Source: Candidatus Omnitrophota bacterium
GTDB taxonomy: Bacteria > Omnitrophota > Gorgyraeia > Tantalellales > Tantalellaceae
Direction: 5' to 3'
NCBI GenBank assembly: GCA_018813285.1
Contig: JAHJBY010000043.1
Location: forward strand, 1 to 50,142
DNA: 50,142 nt
The position numbers and the translations under genes are program-made. Of this stretch, positions 26,494 to 37,221 are shown piece by piece (positions within the stretch are counted from its first letter, which is position 1; each line of letters begins with the position of its first letter). The notes beneath the pieces are model-generated. The model did no database searches, was not told where the DNA came from, and worked only from the letters and a program-made list of their open reading frames with translations.

Positions 26494-27702
26494 ATGTGGC
26501 CTGTATTTTTAAGCATACGGTATTTTTTAGCAAAGAGCAAAGAGGGGATCATTTCCTTCATTAGCTTTGCTTCTGTCGTAGGTATGGCTATCGGCGTGGC
26601 GGCCCTTATCATCGTACTTTCGGTGATGAACGGTTTTGACCGGGAAGTCGAGGCCAAGATAGTCGGTACTTATGCCCACATTATGGTTTTGGGGGACGGC
26701 GGGATAGAGCGTCCTGAAAGGATATCATCGGAGATAAAGGCCTCGCCGGGTGTCAAAAATACAGCGGAATTCATAACCGGACAGGCCATTTTAAGAAAAG
26801 GCGATGTGGCGCGAGGTGTCCTTTTGAAAGGAGTAGACGTGTCTCAGGAGTGCGGCACTACGGATGTGGCCTCTTTTGCCGACGGTATAGAAAAACTTGG
26901 CAGGAACACCATTATTATCGGCAGTGAATTGATGAAGAATACGGGAATCTCTCTGGGGGACACCGTTAATCTGGTCGTGCCGCGTTCAATGGTGGATTCC
27001 GCGGATGCCGCTTTTACCGTTGTCGGCGAATTTACATCGGGCAGGTACGATTATGACGCCAATATTGTTGTAGTAGACCTCGTGGCCGCGCAGTGGCTTT
27101 ACAAAATGGGTCCTCGTGTAAGCGGTATCGCTATCAGGGTTGATGATGGATATGAAGTCAGCAAAATAAAAACACGTTTACAGCAACTCCTGGGGTACTC
27201 ATATACCGTAAAGAGCTGGATGGATCTTGATCGAAACCTGATCTCCGCTCTGGCTTTGGAGAAGAAAATGATGTTTATCATCCTGGGTGTCATTATTGTG
27301 GTCGCGTGTTTCAACATATGCAGTTCTTTGATCATGATGGTGATGGAGAAGACCCGGGACATCGGCGTATTAAAAACACTTGGAGCTAATTCCGCGGGTG
27401 TCAGCCTGGTTTTTCTGGTGGAAGGATTTATTGTCGGAGCGCTGGGCGTCGTTCTGGGTACAGGTGCGGGTATTTTTATCGCGAACCGGGTAAATGAGAT
27501 AATCGCCTTTTTTAAGCAGATGACAGGTTGGGAGATATTTCCGAACGATGTTTATTATTTCAGCACGATACCGGTCGAGATAAAAACGCAGGACATATGC
27601 GTGATAATTTCTTTCGCGATGTTGTTCGCCCTGGTCTCGGGCATATATCCTGCCTGGAAAGCTTCCAGGTTAGATCCGGTTGAGGCGATAAGATATGAGT
27701 AG
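26494..27702 (+). CDS. lolE: Lipoprotein-releasing ABC transporter permease (LolC/E family)
   Basis: IGVAALIIVLSVMNGF, EKKMM, EKTRDIGVLKTLGA, YPAWKASRLDPVEAIRYE. Confidence 0.9.
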   Translation: MWPVFLSIRYFLAKSKEGIISFISFASVVGMAIGVAALIIVLSVMNGFDREVEAKIVGTYAHIMVLGDGGIERPERISSEIKASPGVKNTAEFITGQAILRKGDVARGVLLKGVDVSQECGTTDVASFADGIEKLGRNTIIIGSELMKNTGISLGDTVNLVVPRSMVDSADAAFTVVGEFTSGRYDYDANIVVVDLVAAQWLYKMGPRVSGIAIRVDDGYEVSKIKTRLQQLLGYSYTVKSWMDLDRNLISALALEKKMMFIILGVIIVVACFNICSSLIMMVMEKTRDIGVLKTLGANSAGVSLVFLVEGFIVGALGVVLGTGAGIFIANRVNEIIAFFKQMTGWEIFPNDVYYFSTIPVEIKTQDICVIISFAMLFALVSGIYPAWKASRLDPVEAIRYE

Positions 27703-28390
27703 TTGCCGGAAGATGCTTGTCGCGAAAGGTCTTAGCAAAACGTTTTTGCAGGGGAGAGGGGCCGTTCATGCTGTTTCGGGTGTGGATATGGAGATCGCCG
27801 GCGGCGAAAGGGTGTGCATACATGGTCCCTCGGGAGCCGGGAAATCAACGTTTCTGGATATGCTGGGAGCTTTAAGCAAACCTTCTTCCGGAACGGTTGT
27901 TTTTAAAGGAAAAGAGTTGTATGGTATGTCTGATCGCGCGCGCAGTATCGTAAGGAACAAAAATTTTGGTTTTGTATTTCAATTTTATCATCTTTTGCCG
28001 GAACTTGATGTGGTGGAGAACGTTATGCTCCCCGGCCTGATATCGGGAAGAGGCAGGACGCGGGATGTGCGCGCGCGCGCGCGCGATCTGATCGAGCGTG
28101 TAGGGATGGGGCATCGCCTCAAACACAGGCCGTCTCGTCTTTCAGGCGGCGAATCGCAGCGGGTAGCGATAGCACGGGCGCTCATAAACTCTCCCGACAT
28201 GTTGTTCTGTGACGAACCGACGGGAAATCTTGATTCCGCGATGAGTGAAGCGATCTATTCGCTTCTTTTGGATATTAGCCGAGAGAAAAACATGAGTGTA
28301 TTGGTTGTGTCGCACCGTGAAACTACCCCGGGATTTTTTCATGCGGGATACGCGATGAAAGACGGAATATTAAGCGAAAAGGAGAGCTGA
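27695..28390 (+). CDS. lolD: Lipoprotein-releasing ABC transporter ATP-binding protein
   Basis: GPSGAGKST, GFVFQFYHLL, LSGGESQRVAIARAL, DEPTGNLD. Confidence 0.9.
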   Translation: MSSCRKMLVAKGLSKTFLQGRGAVHAVSGVDMEIAGGERVCIHGPSGAGKSTFLDMLGALSKPSSGTVVFKGKELYGMSDRARSIVRNKNFGFVFQFYHLLPELDVVENVMLPGLISGRGRTRDVRARARDLIERVGMGHRLKHRPSRLSGGESQRVAIARALINSPDMLFCDEPTGNLDSAMSEAIYSLLLDISREKNMSVLVVSHRETTPGFFHAGYAMKDGILSEKES

Positions 28391-29262
28391 TGGGACTTAC
28401 GATCTTTTTGGATGGGGAATTCGTGGACAAGGAGCACGCGAAGGTCTCCGTTTTTGATCATGGTTTGCTGTATGGTGACGGCATTTTTGAGGGGATAAGG
28501 GCATATGGCAGGAAAGTTTTCCGGCTTGACGCGCATCTGGACCGTTTATACGCCGGTCTTAAGAAAATACGGCTTTCGCCCCCCATGGCAAAAGAAGATC
28601 TAAAGAAAAAGATCCTCGAGACGTTGAAACGGAACGATCTGGATGACGCGTATATCCGTGTAGTTGTGACAAGGGGTGTCGGGGACCTCGGGCTTGATCC
28701 TCGTAAATGCGGGAAACCCACAGTTTTTATAATTGCCGATAAGATAGCGTTATACCCCAGGGAGTTTTACACGAAGGGGTTGCCCATAGTGATCGCGAAG
28801 ACCCGCAGGAACCATCCTTCTTCCATGCCGCCGGAAGTGAAATCGTTGAACTACTTGAACAGCATTTTTGGAAAAATGGACGCGATCGACGCGGGAACAG
28901 ACGAGGCGATAATGCTTACAACTGATGGATACGTCGCGGAGTGTACGGGAGATAATATTTTTATCGCAAGAAACGGCAAGCTATCAACGCCGCCTTACGA
29001 GATAGGGTCTCTTGACGGCATAACCCAGAATGTTGTCATCCAGCTTGCCGGGGAAGCGGGGATCAAAATTAAAAGGGACATGTTGACGCCGGATGACCTA
29101 TATGCCGCGGATGAATGTTTCTTAACGGGCACCGCGGCAGAGGTGATCCCCGTTATTAGTGTAAACGGTACGTTGATCGCCGGAGGCATTCCCGGCAAAA
29201 TAACGATCGCCATGATGAATGCTTTTTCCGAGCTTACCGGCATCGAAGGAGTGAAGTATTGA
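28390..29262 (+). CDS. ilvE: Branched-chain amino acid aminotransferase
   Basis: DHGLLYGDGIFEGIR, KSLNYLN, ECTGDNIF, LDGIT, FLTGTAAEV. Confidence 0.95.
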   Translation: MGLTIFLDGEFVDKEHAKVSVFDHGLLYGDGIFEGIRAYGRKVFRLDAHLDRLYAGLKKIRLSPPMAKEDLKKKILETLKRNDLDDAYIRVVVTRGVGDLGLDPRKCGKPTVFIIADKIALYPREFYTKGLPIVIAKTRRNHPSSMPPEVKSLNYLNSIFGKMDAIDAGTDEAIMLTTDGYVAECTGDNIFIARNGKLSTPPYEIGSLDGITQNVVIQLAGEAGIKIKRDMLTPDDLYAADECFLTGTAAEVIPVISVNGTLIAGGIPGKITIAMMNAFSELTGIEGVKY

Positions 29263-29263
29263 G

Positions 29264-29791
29264 ATGAAGTGCGATGAGTGCGGTATCAGGGAAGCGGCGA
29301 TCCACTTGACCGAAGTTGTGAACGATAAAGTGACCAAACTGCATCTTTGCGAACAATGCGCCAGGGAAAAAAGCAAGGAGATGCAATCCCATTTTGGTTT
29401 AACCGATCTCATCTCGGGCCTTATGGATTTTGGGCCACAGCAAAGGCAGGAAGCCGCCTCTCCGCGAGGAAAGGGTCCCACATGCGGGTCTTGTGGAATG
29501 AGTTATAGTGAGTTCCAAAAATTCGGGAAATTAGGTTGCGGTAAATGCTACGAGGCTTTTGAGGATAAATTCAGCTCTTTGCTCAGGAGCATACACGGTT
29601 CGGACAAGCATATAGGAAAAATGCCGTTTAGAGGTACAAGCGTAGTGCCTGAACAGGAAAAAATGAGGCAATTAAAAGAAGAACTGGAAGCGCTTATTCG
29701 GTCCGAAGAGTTTGAAAAGGCTGCTGTTATGCGGGACAGGATAAGAGAGCTTGAGGAAACAGTGGAGAAACATGGTGAAGATGGATCTTAA
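29264..29791 (+). CDS. mcsA: McsA (CXXC zinc fingers plus UVR domain)
   Basis: CxxC pairs, GKLGC..CY, H.GK.P, EEFEKAA..RD.I. Confidence 0.92.
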   Translation: MKCDECGIREAAIHLTEVVNDKVTKLHLCEQCAREKSKEMQSHFGLTDLISGLMDFGPQQRQEAASPRGKGPTCGSCGMSYSEFQKFGKLGCGKCYEAFEDKFSSLLRSIHGSDKHIGKMPFRGTSVVPEQEKMRQLKEELEALIRSEEFEKAAVMRDRIRELEETVEKHGEDGS

Positions 29792-30836
29792 CGATCTTGT
29801 CAACGAAAAAAGCGAGTGGCTTCGAGGAGAAGGGCCCAGATCCGACATAGTGATGTCGACCAGAGTGCGTTTGGCGAGAAATCTCGATGGATATCCGTTT
29901 TTTAGCAGGGCAAAGGACGAACAGCGGAAGAACGTGCTGGAAAAACTTGTCTCTGTGTTTAAGAAAAACGATCTTTTAAAGGATGCCGCGTTGATCCGCA
30001 TCAAAGACATATCTGAAGTGGACAGAGAATTTTTAGTGGAACGGCATTTGATGAGCCAGGAACATGCCGTGTGCGTGGAACGAAAGGGGTTGGTTGTCGG
30101 CAAAGGGGAGATCCTCAGCATCATGATCAACGAAGAGGATCATTTGAGAATGCAGATCCTTCGTTCGGCTCTTAATATCCGAGAAGCATGGACGGCTATT
30201 GATGCCCTCGATACGAGCCTTGGGAAATCTCTTACGTTCGCGTATTCGAACAGGTTTGGATATCTCACGGCATGTCCGACAAATACGGGTACGGGACTCA
30301 GGGCTTCGGTCATGCTGCATTTGCCGGCTTTAGAAATGACGGGACAGATCGAGAAAGTGTACGAAGCTATATCAAAACTGGGATTAACCATCCGCGGTTT
30401 TTACGGCGAAGGCTCGGAAGCGGCCGGTAATTTTTTTCAAATATCCAACCAGGTGGCTCTGGGACATTCTGAAGGGGATATTCTTGATAATTTGGAGAGA
30501 GTTATTAACAGGACGATATCAAGGGAAGAACAGACGAGAGGCTATTTGATCGATAAGAAAAAGCGGGAGACCCAGGACGGGATCTTCAGGTCATATGGTA
30601 CGCTGAAAAGCGCGAGGATCATTACGTCAAGGGAGACGATCAAGCTGCTTTCAGCCGTGCGGCTTGGTGTGGATCTGGGGATAATATCCGGCATAGACAC
30701 GTCCTCGCTTAATGAGATCCTTTTGCTGATGCATCCGGCGCACTTGCAGAAAATAAATTCCAAACAACTTAGTTCACACGAGAGGGATATTAAGAGAGCG
30801 GATATGATCAGGGGAAAAATAGGGGGAGGGAATTAA
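29781..30836 (+). CDS. mcsB: Protein-arginine kinase
   Basis: STRVRLARN, INEEDHLRMQ, GYLTACPTNTGTGLRAS, RGFYGEGS; start may be 29772. Confidence 0.95.
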   Translation: MDLNDLVNEKSEWLRGEGPRSDIVMSTRVRLARNLDGYPFFSRAKDEQRKNVLEKLVSVFKKNDLLKDAALIRIKDISEVDREFLVERHLMSQEHAVCVERKGLVVGKGEILSIMINEEDHLRMQILRSALNIREAWTAIDALDTSLGKSLTFAYSNRFGYLTACPTNTGTGLRASVMLHLPALEMTGQIEKVYEAISKLGLTIRGFYGEGSEAAGNFFQISNQVALGHSEGDILDNLERVINRTISREEQTRGYLIDKKKRETQDGIFRSYGTLKSARIITSRETIKLLSAVRLGVDLGIISGIDTSSLNEILLLMHPAHLQKINSKQLSSHERDIKRADMIRGKIGGGN

Positions 30837-30838
30837 TA

Positions 30839-33307
30839 ATGGCGGCATTTAGTAAATTTACCGAAAGGGCGAGAAAAGTTATTTTGTTAGCTAAGGAAGA
30901 ATCAAAACGGGTTAACCATGAATATATCGGAACTGAACATGTGTTGCTCGGATTGGTGAAAGAGGGGGAGGGTGTAGCCGCGGCAGTGCTGAACTCTCTG
31001 GGGCTAGACGCGGAAAATATCCGTAATGAAGTAGAAAAACTTGTTCAACCCGGTCCCACTCCGGTCATGAATACGGACATACCCTTTACGCCTAAAGCAA
31101 AAAAAGTCATAGAATTGGCGATGGATGAAGCTCGCAATCTCGGGCATAATTATATCGGGACCGAACATTTGTTATTGGGTCTCATACGCGAAGGGGATGG
31201 TGTAGCGGCGCAAGTTCTCCTGAATACGGGGCTTGACCTTAAGAGCGTGCGAGACGAAGTTCTCAACCTTTTGGGATCATCCGTTCCCGGGTATTCTACG
31301 ACGCCGGATGCTAAACGTAATAAGAGGAAGACTAAAACCCCGGCATTGGATTCTTTTGCCAGGGATCTTACAGAGATGGCCAAGGAGGATAAATTGGATC
31401 CGGTCATAGGCCGGGATAAAGAGATACAGAGGGTAGTGCAGATCCTCGGTCGCCGCAAGAAAAATAATCCGGTGTTAATAGGCGAAGCGGGTGTCGGCAA
31501 AACAGCCATCGTTGAGGGATTGGCTCAGAAGATAGTCGCAGGGGATATCCCGGAAATACTCAAGAAAAAAAGGGTTCTTATACTGGATCTGGCGTCGATG
31601 ATAGCCGGTACTAAGTACCGCGGACAATTCGAAGAGAGGATAAAAGCGGTTATGAAAGAGATCAAGTCCTCATCCGAAGTTATTGTTTTCATAGACGAAA
31701 TACACACGCTTGTCGGCGCTGGCGGCGCCGAAGGGGCTATAGACGCGTCAAATATGTTGAAACCTTCGTTGCAGAGGGGGGATATACAGTGCATAGGCGC
31801 CACTACTTTTGATGAGTACAGAAAAACTATAGAGAAAGACCCGGCGTTGGAAAGGCGCTTTCAACCTGTTATCGTAGACGCACCCAGCGTGGAAGACACG
31901 ATAGGGATATTAAAAGGTCTCCGGGACAAATATGAGGCGCACCATAACGTTAAGTTCACCGATTCGGCGCTCTCGGCCGCGGCTAAACTTTCAGACAGGT
32001 ACATAAGCGCCAGGTTTCAGCCGGATAAGTCGATCGATCTCATGGATGAGTCGGGGTCTCGGGCGCGCCTGTCTACCATGATCATGCCGACGGACTTGAA
32101 ACAGGAAGAGATAAAGATCGAGGAATATAAGCGGGAAAAAGAAGAAGCCGTAAAAAATCAGGATTTTGAAAAAGCAGCCCGATTCAGGGATCTTGAAAAA
32201 AAAGGAAAAGATGAGCTGGATGAGAAACAAGTGGAGTGGAGAAAACGACAGAACCAACAAGAAGTGTTAGTGGATGAGGAAGATATTGCCACCGTTGTTT
32301 CCGAATGGACGGGTATCCCTCTCGTAAAAGTGGAGGAAAAAGAGTCGGAGAAGTATTTAAAATTGGAGAAGAATCTTAAAGAGCGTGTTATCGGCCAGGA
32401 CGAAGCTATATCGGCTATCGCGCACGCGGTCCGGCGTTCCCGTGCCGGCATAAAAGACCCCAATAGGCCGATCGGGACATTTGTTTTTCTTGGTCCGACC
32501 GGTGTAGGCAAGACATTGCTTGGAAAAAAGTTGGCCGAAATAATATTTGGCAATGAAGACGCGATCATTCAGGTCGACATGTCCGAGTATATGGAAAAAT
32601 TCAATGTGTCAAAACTTGTCGGTGCTCCCCCGGGTTATGTGGGATATGATGAGGGAGGGCAGTTGACCGAGAAAGTGAGACGGAAACCGTATGCCGTGGT
32701 TTTGCTTGATGAGATCGAAAAAGCACATCCGGATATTTTCAATATACTGCTGCAGCTTTTAGATGAAGGCCGCCTTACGGATTCTTATGGCAGAAAGGTG
32801 AGCTTTAAACATACGATACTCATTATGACCTCGAATATCGGTGCGGATCTTCTTAAGAAGACCGGCGCTATCGGATTTCAGAACCCGAAAGACTCGGATT
32901 CATATTCTGACATGAAGGGACGGCTGTTGGAAGAGGTGAAGAAAACTTTTAAACCTGAATTTCTCAACAGGATAGACGATGTCATTGTTTTTCACGGGCT
33001 AACCCGAGAGGATATGGATCGGATCGTGGACATTGAAGTGTTTGAGTCCGCATCCAGACTGAAAGAACAGAATATCGTTGTCACACTGGATCGGGCCGCA
33101 AAAGATTTTCTTATCGCTAAAGGTTTCAATAAGGCTTTTGGCGCGCGTCCGTTAAAAAGAGCCATTCAGAAGTATCTTGAGAACCCGCTTGCCGAGGAGA
33201 TCCTCTCAAACGCGTTCGAGAAGGGATCGAAGATACGGGTAACGGCCGATCCGGCCGCGGAGGCTCTTCAGTTTATAGATGAGGTGAACGAAAATAGTAA
33301 GAAATAG
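30839..33307 (+). CDS. clpC: ATP-dependent Clp protease ATP-binding subunit ClpC
   Basis: Two Clp-N repeats, two AAA modules ([16 protein letters not shown]), UVR middle domain. Confidence 0.97.
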   Translation: MAAFSKFTERARKVILLAKEESKRVNHEYIGTEHVLLGLVKEGEGVAAAVLNSLGLDAENIRNEVEKLVQPGPTPVMNTDIPFTPKAKKVIELAMDEARNLGHNYIGTEHLLLGLIREGDGVAAQVLLNTGLDLKSVRDEVLNLLGSSVPGYSTTPDAKRNKRKTKTPALDSFARDLTEMAKEDKLDPVIGRDKEIQRVVQILGRRKKNNPVLIGEAGVGKTAIVEGLAQKIVAGDIPEILKKKRVLILDLASMIAGTKYRGQFEERIKAVMKEIKSSSEVIVFIDEIHTLVGAGGAEGAIDASNMLKPSLQRGDIQCIGATTFDEYRKTIEKDPALERRFQPVIVDAPSVEDTIGILKGLRDKYEAHHNVKFTDSALSAAAKLSDRYISARFQPDKSIDLMDESGSRARLSTMIMPTDLKQEEIKIEEYKREKEEAVKNQDFEKAARFRDLEKKGKDELDEKQVEWRKRQNQQEVLVDEEDIATVVSEWTGIPLVKVEEKESEKYLKLEKNLKERVIGQDEAISAIAHAVRRSRAGIKDPNRPIGTFVFLGPTGVGKTLLGKKLAEIIFGNEDAIIQVDMSEYMEKFNVSKLVGAPPGYVGYDEGGQLTEKVRRKPYAVVLLDEIEKAHPDIFNILLQLLDEGRLTDSYGRKVSFKHTILIMTSNIGADLLKKTGAIGFQNPKDSDSYSDMKGRLLEEVKKTFKPEFLNRIDDVIVFHGLTREDMDRIVDIEVFESASRLKEQNIVVTLDRAAKDFLIAKGFNKAFGARPLKRAIQKYLENPLAEEILSNAFEKGSKIRVTADPAAEALQFIDEVNENSKK

Positions 33308-33329
33308 TTTTTAAAGGGGTGTTTACAAG

Positions 33330-34838
33330 GTGCGGGGTGTATTTGTTCGCAAGAGAGTGATACGGTTATCGATACTGGCAGTGGTGTTGTCTGTTTACTC
33401 TGCCGTTTCTTTTTGGAATATGTTCTGGATGAAAAGTCTTGCCGAGGCCAAGATCTCGGAATTTTTAGGAAACAGATTTGACGTCAGAGTCGGGGGGATA
33501 AAAGGCGGCCTATTCGGCAATACTGTATTGCAGGACGTTATTTTGAAGACGAACGGTAAAACTGAAGACGCGGTTTTACGTCTTGAGAGGGTGGAAATAT
33601 CCTACAGAGTGTGGCAGGCATTCCTCGATAAACTGGGCCTTGTTCCTAAAGAGCAATTCCCGATCAAAGAGGCCGGGGTGTATTTCAGTGAACGAAATCC
33701 TTTTATCCGGGGGTTCGTCAAAATATACAGTTCCGGGGGTTCTATAAATGTTTTTGGAAGCGTTTCCCCGGTGATTTTTGGAGATGATAGAAGGAAGGCC
33801 TTCAAAGGGACGTTCAGCAAAAGGGATGATGGTTTTTACGATTGTGATATCTTCTGGGACGGAAACCATGAAATAAGGGGCATGATGAATCCTGTTAACA
33901 AGTCCCTGGAATTCAGCGTTTTTCCGGTATCCGGCGAAGGAGAAGAAATCAAGGTCACCTGTACGATCGATAAAGAAGGGAAGATCGAAATATATTCCAG
34001 ATTATACAGGTGGTTTATTAACGGGAAAGAGGTCGTCGGGGATATATGGATGTCTTTAGGGGATGATGGGACCATCTTTTCTGTTAAGGCGAAAAACCTT
34101 CTTATCGACAAGTACCCTGTGTGGGATGTCAATTGCATGGGTAGTTATGATCCCGACGCGGGGAGACTCCGGTTCAATGCTCTGGAATGGGGAGGCGGAA
34201 GCCTGGTGATGAACGGGATAGTCTCCATAAAACCGCCTTATCCGGTCAGATTGAACCTGTCTCTGCGGAAACTTGACCTGGCGGAACTTGCAAAAGTCGC
34301 AGGAGGCGGAGATGAACCTGTCGCCGGTATTTCGACAGGGAATATAGAGTTTACCGGGCCTGCCAAAGGCGCATTGGTGTCTGGCAGGCTTTTTGTGGAA
34401 AAAGGAGTTTTGGGTGAACTGGAGTTTGTGTCGATGTTTGCCACTTTAAGCGGCAATCTGCCGGTGATAAAAGTTTCTGACGCGCGCGTTGTAAAAGACG
34501 GAGGCCACATCACTGTTAGCGGCGAAGTGGATCTCAGTAAAATGCGTGAAGATACAGCAATGGAAAATCTGATCTTTGAAACAGATAACAAGGTGGCCGT
34601 CTGGGAAAAATGGCAGATAACCAAGGATGAAGGGCCTAATAAGGTGGAGGCCAGGAAGGATCGATTGGTCTTTTGCACATCTTTTGAAGGGGATCAGCCG
34701 CAACTGGTTCGGAAGGGCGAAGAACACCAACAGCAAGATATGTGGTTTAAGTATAAACTGGATGAGTACAATAGTCTTAAGATGGAAGTGAAAGAAGACG
34801 GGGATTTTTTAGGGGTGGAACATAAGGTTCAATTTTAG
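33330..34838 (+). CDS. Hypothetical beta-rich protein with N-terminal TM anchor, AsmA/TamB-like
   Basis: N-terminal hydrophobic helix, repeating Gly/hydrophobic beta-strand pattern, C-terminal GVEHKVQF; directly upstream of mlaE. Confidence 0.5.
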   Translation: MRGVFVRKRVIRLSILAVVLSVYSAVSFWNMFWMKSLAEAKISEFLGNRFDVRVGGIKGGLFGNTVLQDVILKTNGKTEDAVLRLERVEISYRVWQAFLDKLGLVPKEQFPIKEAGVYFSERNPFIRGFVKIYSSGGSINVFGSVSPVIFGDDRRKAFKGTFSKRDDGFYDCDIFWDGNHEIRGMMNPVNKSLEFSVFPVSGEGEEIKVTCTIDKEGKIEIYSRLYRWFINGKEVVGDIWMSLGDDGTIFSVKAKNLLIDKYPVWDVNCMGSYDPDAGRLRFNALEWGGGSLVMNGIVSIKPPYPVRLNLSLRKLDLAELAKVAGGGDEPVAGISTGNIEFTGPAKGALVSGRLFVEKGVLGELEFVSMFATLSGNLPVIKVSDARVVKDGGHITVSGEVDLSKMREDTAMENLIFETDNKVAVWEKWQITKDEGPNKVEARKDRLVFCTSFEGDQPQLVRKGEEHQQQDMWFKYKLDEYNSLKMEVKEDGDFLGVEHKVQF

Positions 34839-34850
34839 GGGCGCGCGTTC

Positions 34851-35648
34851 ATGAGATTAAAATTGCTGGTTAGACGGACATATGGTTATTGGAAGAGGGC
34901 GGTGCTTGACGTGTTCAGATATACGGGGAGTCTGAGCCTTTTACTTGGGCTCACGATCTACTGGACGTTTGTGCCCCCCCACAGGAAATGGTATACCCTC
35001 GAGCAGATGAATAAAATAGGGGTTGCGTCATTTCCTATCATATTCCTGATAAGTTTGTTCACTGGCATTGTGCTCGCGTTGCAGAGTGCCTACCAGATGC
35101 AGAAAATGTCCGCGGAGATATATATGGCTTCACTCGTCGCGCTTTCACTGGTGCGAGAGCTTGGCCCGGTGCTCACGGCGCTGATTATTGCCGGCCGTTG
35201 CGGAGCGGCAATAACCGCTGAGATCGGAACGATGAAGGTCACTGAGCAGATAGACGCGCTGGAAACGTTATCCGCGAATCCGGTTAAATATCTCGTGGTG
35301 CCGAGGTTTCTGGCCCTATTGCTAATGGTGCCGCTTTTGACGATCTACGCCGATTTTTTCGGGATAGTCGGAGGGTATCTGATCGGGGTAGGCAAACTTA
35401 ATATTCCTCATTCCATGTATCTGAAAATGACGTTTGATCCGATGGTACTAAAAGACCTTCTGACCGGGCTTATTAAGAGTGTGTCGTTTGCTGTGATAAT
35501 TTGTCTGACATCTTGTTACGAAGGGATGAATTCGGAGGGTGGGGCCGAAGGCGTCGGTAAGGCAACGACGGCCAGCGTGGTCCGGAGTTTCATCTTGATA
35601 ATCATCGCGGATTGTTTCTTTACGGCGTTATTTTATTTCGCGAAGTAA
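34851..35648 (+). CDS. mlaE: MlaE family ABC permease
   Basis: RELGPVLTA..IAGR.GA.ITAEIGTMKVTEQIDAL, GGAEGVGKATT. Confidence 0.93.
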   Translation: MRLKLLVRRTYGYWKRAVLDVFRYTGSLSLLLGLTIYWTFVPPHRKWYTLEQMNKIGVASFPIIFLISLFTGIVLALQSAYQMQKMSAEIYMASLVALSLVRELGPVLTALIIAGRCGAAITAEIGTMKVTEQIDALETLSANPVKYLVVPRFLALLLMVPLLTIYADFFGIVGGYLIGVGKLNIPHSMYLKMTFDPMVLKDLLTGLIKSVSFAVIICLTSCYEGMNSEGGAEGVGKATTASVVRSFILIIIADCFFTALFYFAK

Positions 35649-35668
35649 CCGTTCTCCAAGGAGAGTAA

Positions 35669-36433
35669 GTGGAAAATCTGATAGAGCTTGTGAATGTGAG
35701 GAAGTCGTTTAACGCGAGACCTGTTCTTTTAGATCTGAATCTCTCTATCAAGAAGGGGGAATCCCTGGTTATAATCGGAAGAAGCGGTTGCGGAAAAAGT
35801 GTGCTACTTAAACATATCATAGGCCTTCTGCGTCCGGATTCCGGAGACGTTATTGTGGATGGGGTGAACATTACGAAGCTCGACAACAGGGGCCTCAGCA
35901 GGATACGTAAGAAGATTGGTATGCTTTTTCAGGGATCGGCGCTTTTTGATTCGTTGACGGTGTTCGAAAACGTTGGTTTTGAGCTTATTGAACATTCGGA
36001 GAAAAACATGGAGGAGATCGCGGAGCGCGTAGCCGAATGTCTTAAGATGGTGGGGCTGCACGGAATAGAAGAGCTCAAACCGGCGGAATTGTCCGGTGGA
36101 ATGAAAAAAAGAGTGGGTTTGGCCAGAGCAGTCTGCATATCGCCGGATATAATACTGTTTGATGAACCGACGACCGGAATTGATCCCATAATGGGGGATA
36201 TCATAAATAATTTGATAAGATATTTGCATCATAAGCTTAATGTGACATCGATCACTGTGACGCATGATATGAAAAGCGCCTATAAGATCGCGGACAGGAT
36301 CTGTATGTTCTATGACAAAAAGCTTGTAGACGTCGGCACGCCGGAGGAGGCGCGGCATTCCAAAAGCGAGATCGTGCGACAGTTCATAGATGGAGCCGCC
36401 AGGGGACCCTTAACAGAAGACACCGAACGTTGA
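35669..36433 (+). CDS. mlaF: MlaF family ABC ATP-binding protein
   Basis: GRSGCGKS, LFQGSALFDS, LSGGMKKRVGLARA, DEPTTGIDP. Confidence 0.92.
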   Translation: MENLIELVNVRKSFNARPVLLDLNLSIKKGESLVIIGRSGCGKSVLLKHIIGLLRPDSGDVIVDGVNITKLDNRGLSRIRKKIGMLFQGSALFDSLTVFENVGFELIEHSEKNMEEIAERVAECLKMVGLHGIEELKPAELSGGMKKRVGLARAVCISPDIILFDEPTTGIDPIMGDIINNLIRYLHHKLNVTSITVTHDMKSAYKIADRICMFYDKKLVDVGTPEEARHSKSEIVRQFIDGAARGPLTEDTER

Positions 36434-36487
36434 CGTTCAGCATCCGGTGTATATGGTAATAATATTGTTTTCAACGAGGAGAAGCAA

Positions 36488-37138
36488 ATGTTCAGGGATG
36501 AAAAACTTGAGTTGAGGGTCGGATTGTTCATTGGTGTCGGGATAGTTTTGATGTTCTTGATAGTCTTTTCGATTAAAGACATTTCTTTTATGGGGAAGGG
36601 ATACGAGATCAATGTAGTGTTCGATTATGTGAATGGAATAACGGAAAGCGCTCCGGTGAGATTAGCCGGGGTGAATGTAGGTGAAGTTCGCGAGATAAAG
36701 CTTCATTATGACGAGAAAGCAGGGAAGACCCGCGTGAGGCTCAGTACACGCATCAGGGACGGTGTGAGAATTGAGGAAGACGCCGTTGCGCGGATAAACA
36801 CATTGGGGCTTCTAGGGGAAAGATACATGGAAATATCACCAGGGGTATCCATGATCTTTGTAAGCGACGGCGATATTTTAGACGGCCACGACCCCGTGGA
36901 TATGGGGATGCAGATGGAAAAGATGAATGAGTTTCTGGCTTCAGCTACCGCGATAGCTCAACATGTTGAGAAGGGAGAAGGATCGCTTGGAAAATTTGTA
37001 ATGGACGATGGTTTTTATAACGAGATGGAGGCTTTCGCGGCGGATATCAGGTCGAATCCGTGGAAGCTGCTGAACAAACCACGGAAAAAACGCGACGAGG
37101 AGGATGAACAAAAAGGCAGTGAAGTAAGCGTCCGGTAA
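36488..37138 (+). CDS. mlaD: MlaD/MCE family protein
   Basis: ELRVGLF TM segment, G....APVRLAGVNVGEV, LGLLGERYMEI.PG. Confidence 0.9.
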   Translation: MFRDEKLELRVGLFIGVGIVLMFLIVFSIKDISFMGKGYEINVVFDYVNGITESAPVRLAGVNVGEVREIKLHYDEKAGKTRVRLSTRIRDGVRIEEDAVARINTLGLLGERYMEISPGVSMIFVSDGDILDGHDPVDMGMQMEKMNEFLASATAIAQHVEKGEGSLGKFVMDDGFYNEMEAFAADIRSNPWKLLNKPRKKRDEEDEQKGSEVSVR

Positions 37139-37221
37139 ATATCCGGAATATTGTATATGACCCGATGTCCGGCGGGGATCTTTTATAACCATATTTTTAA
37201 AAAAGGAAGTGTGAAATAACC

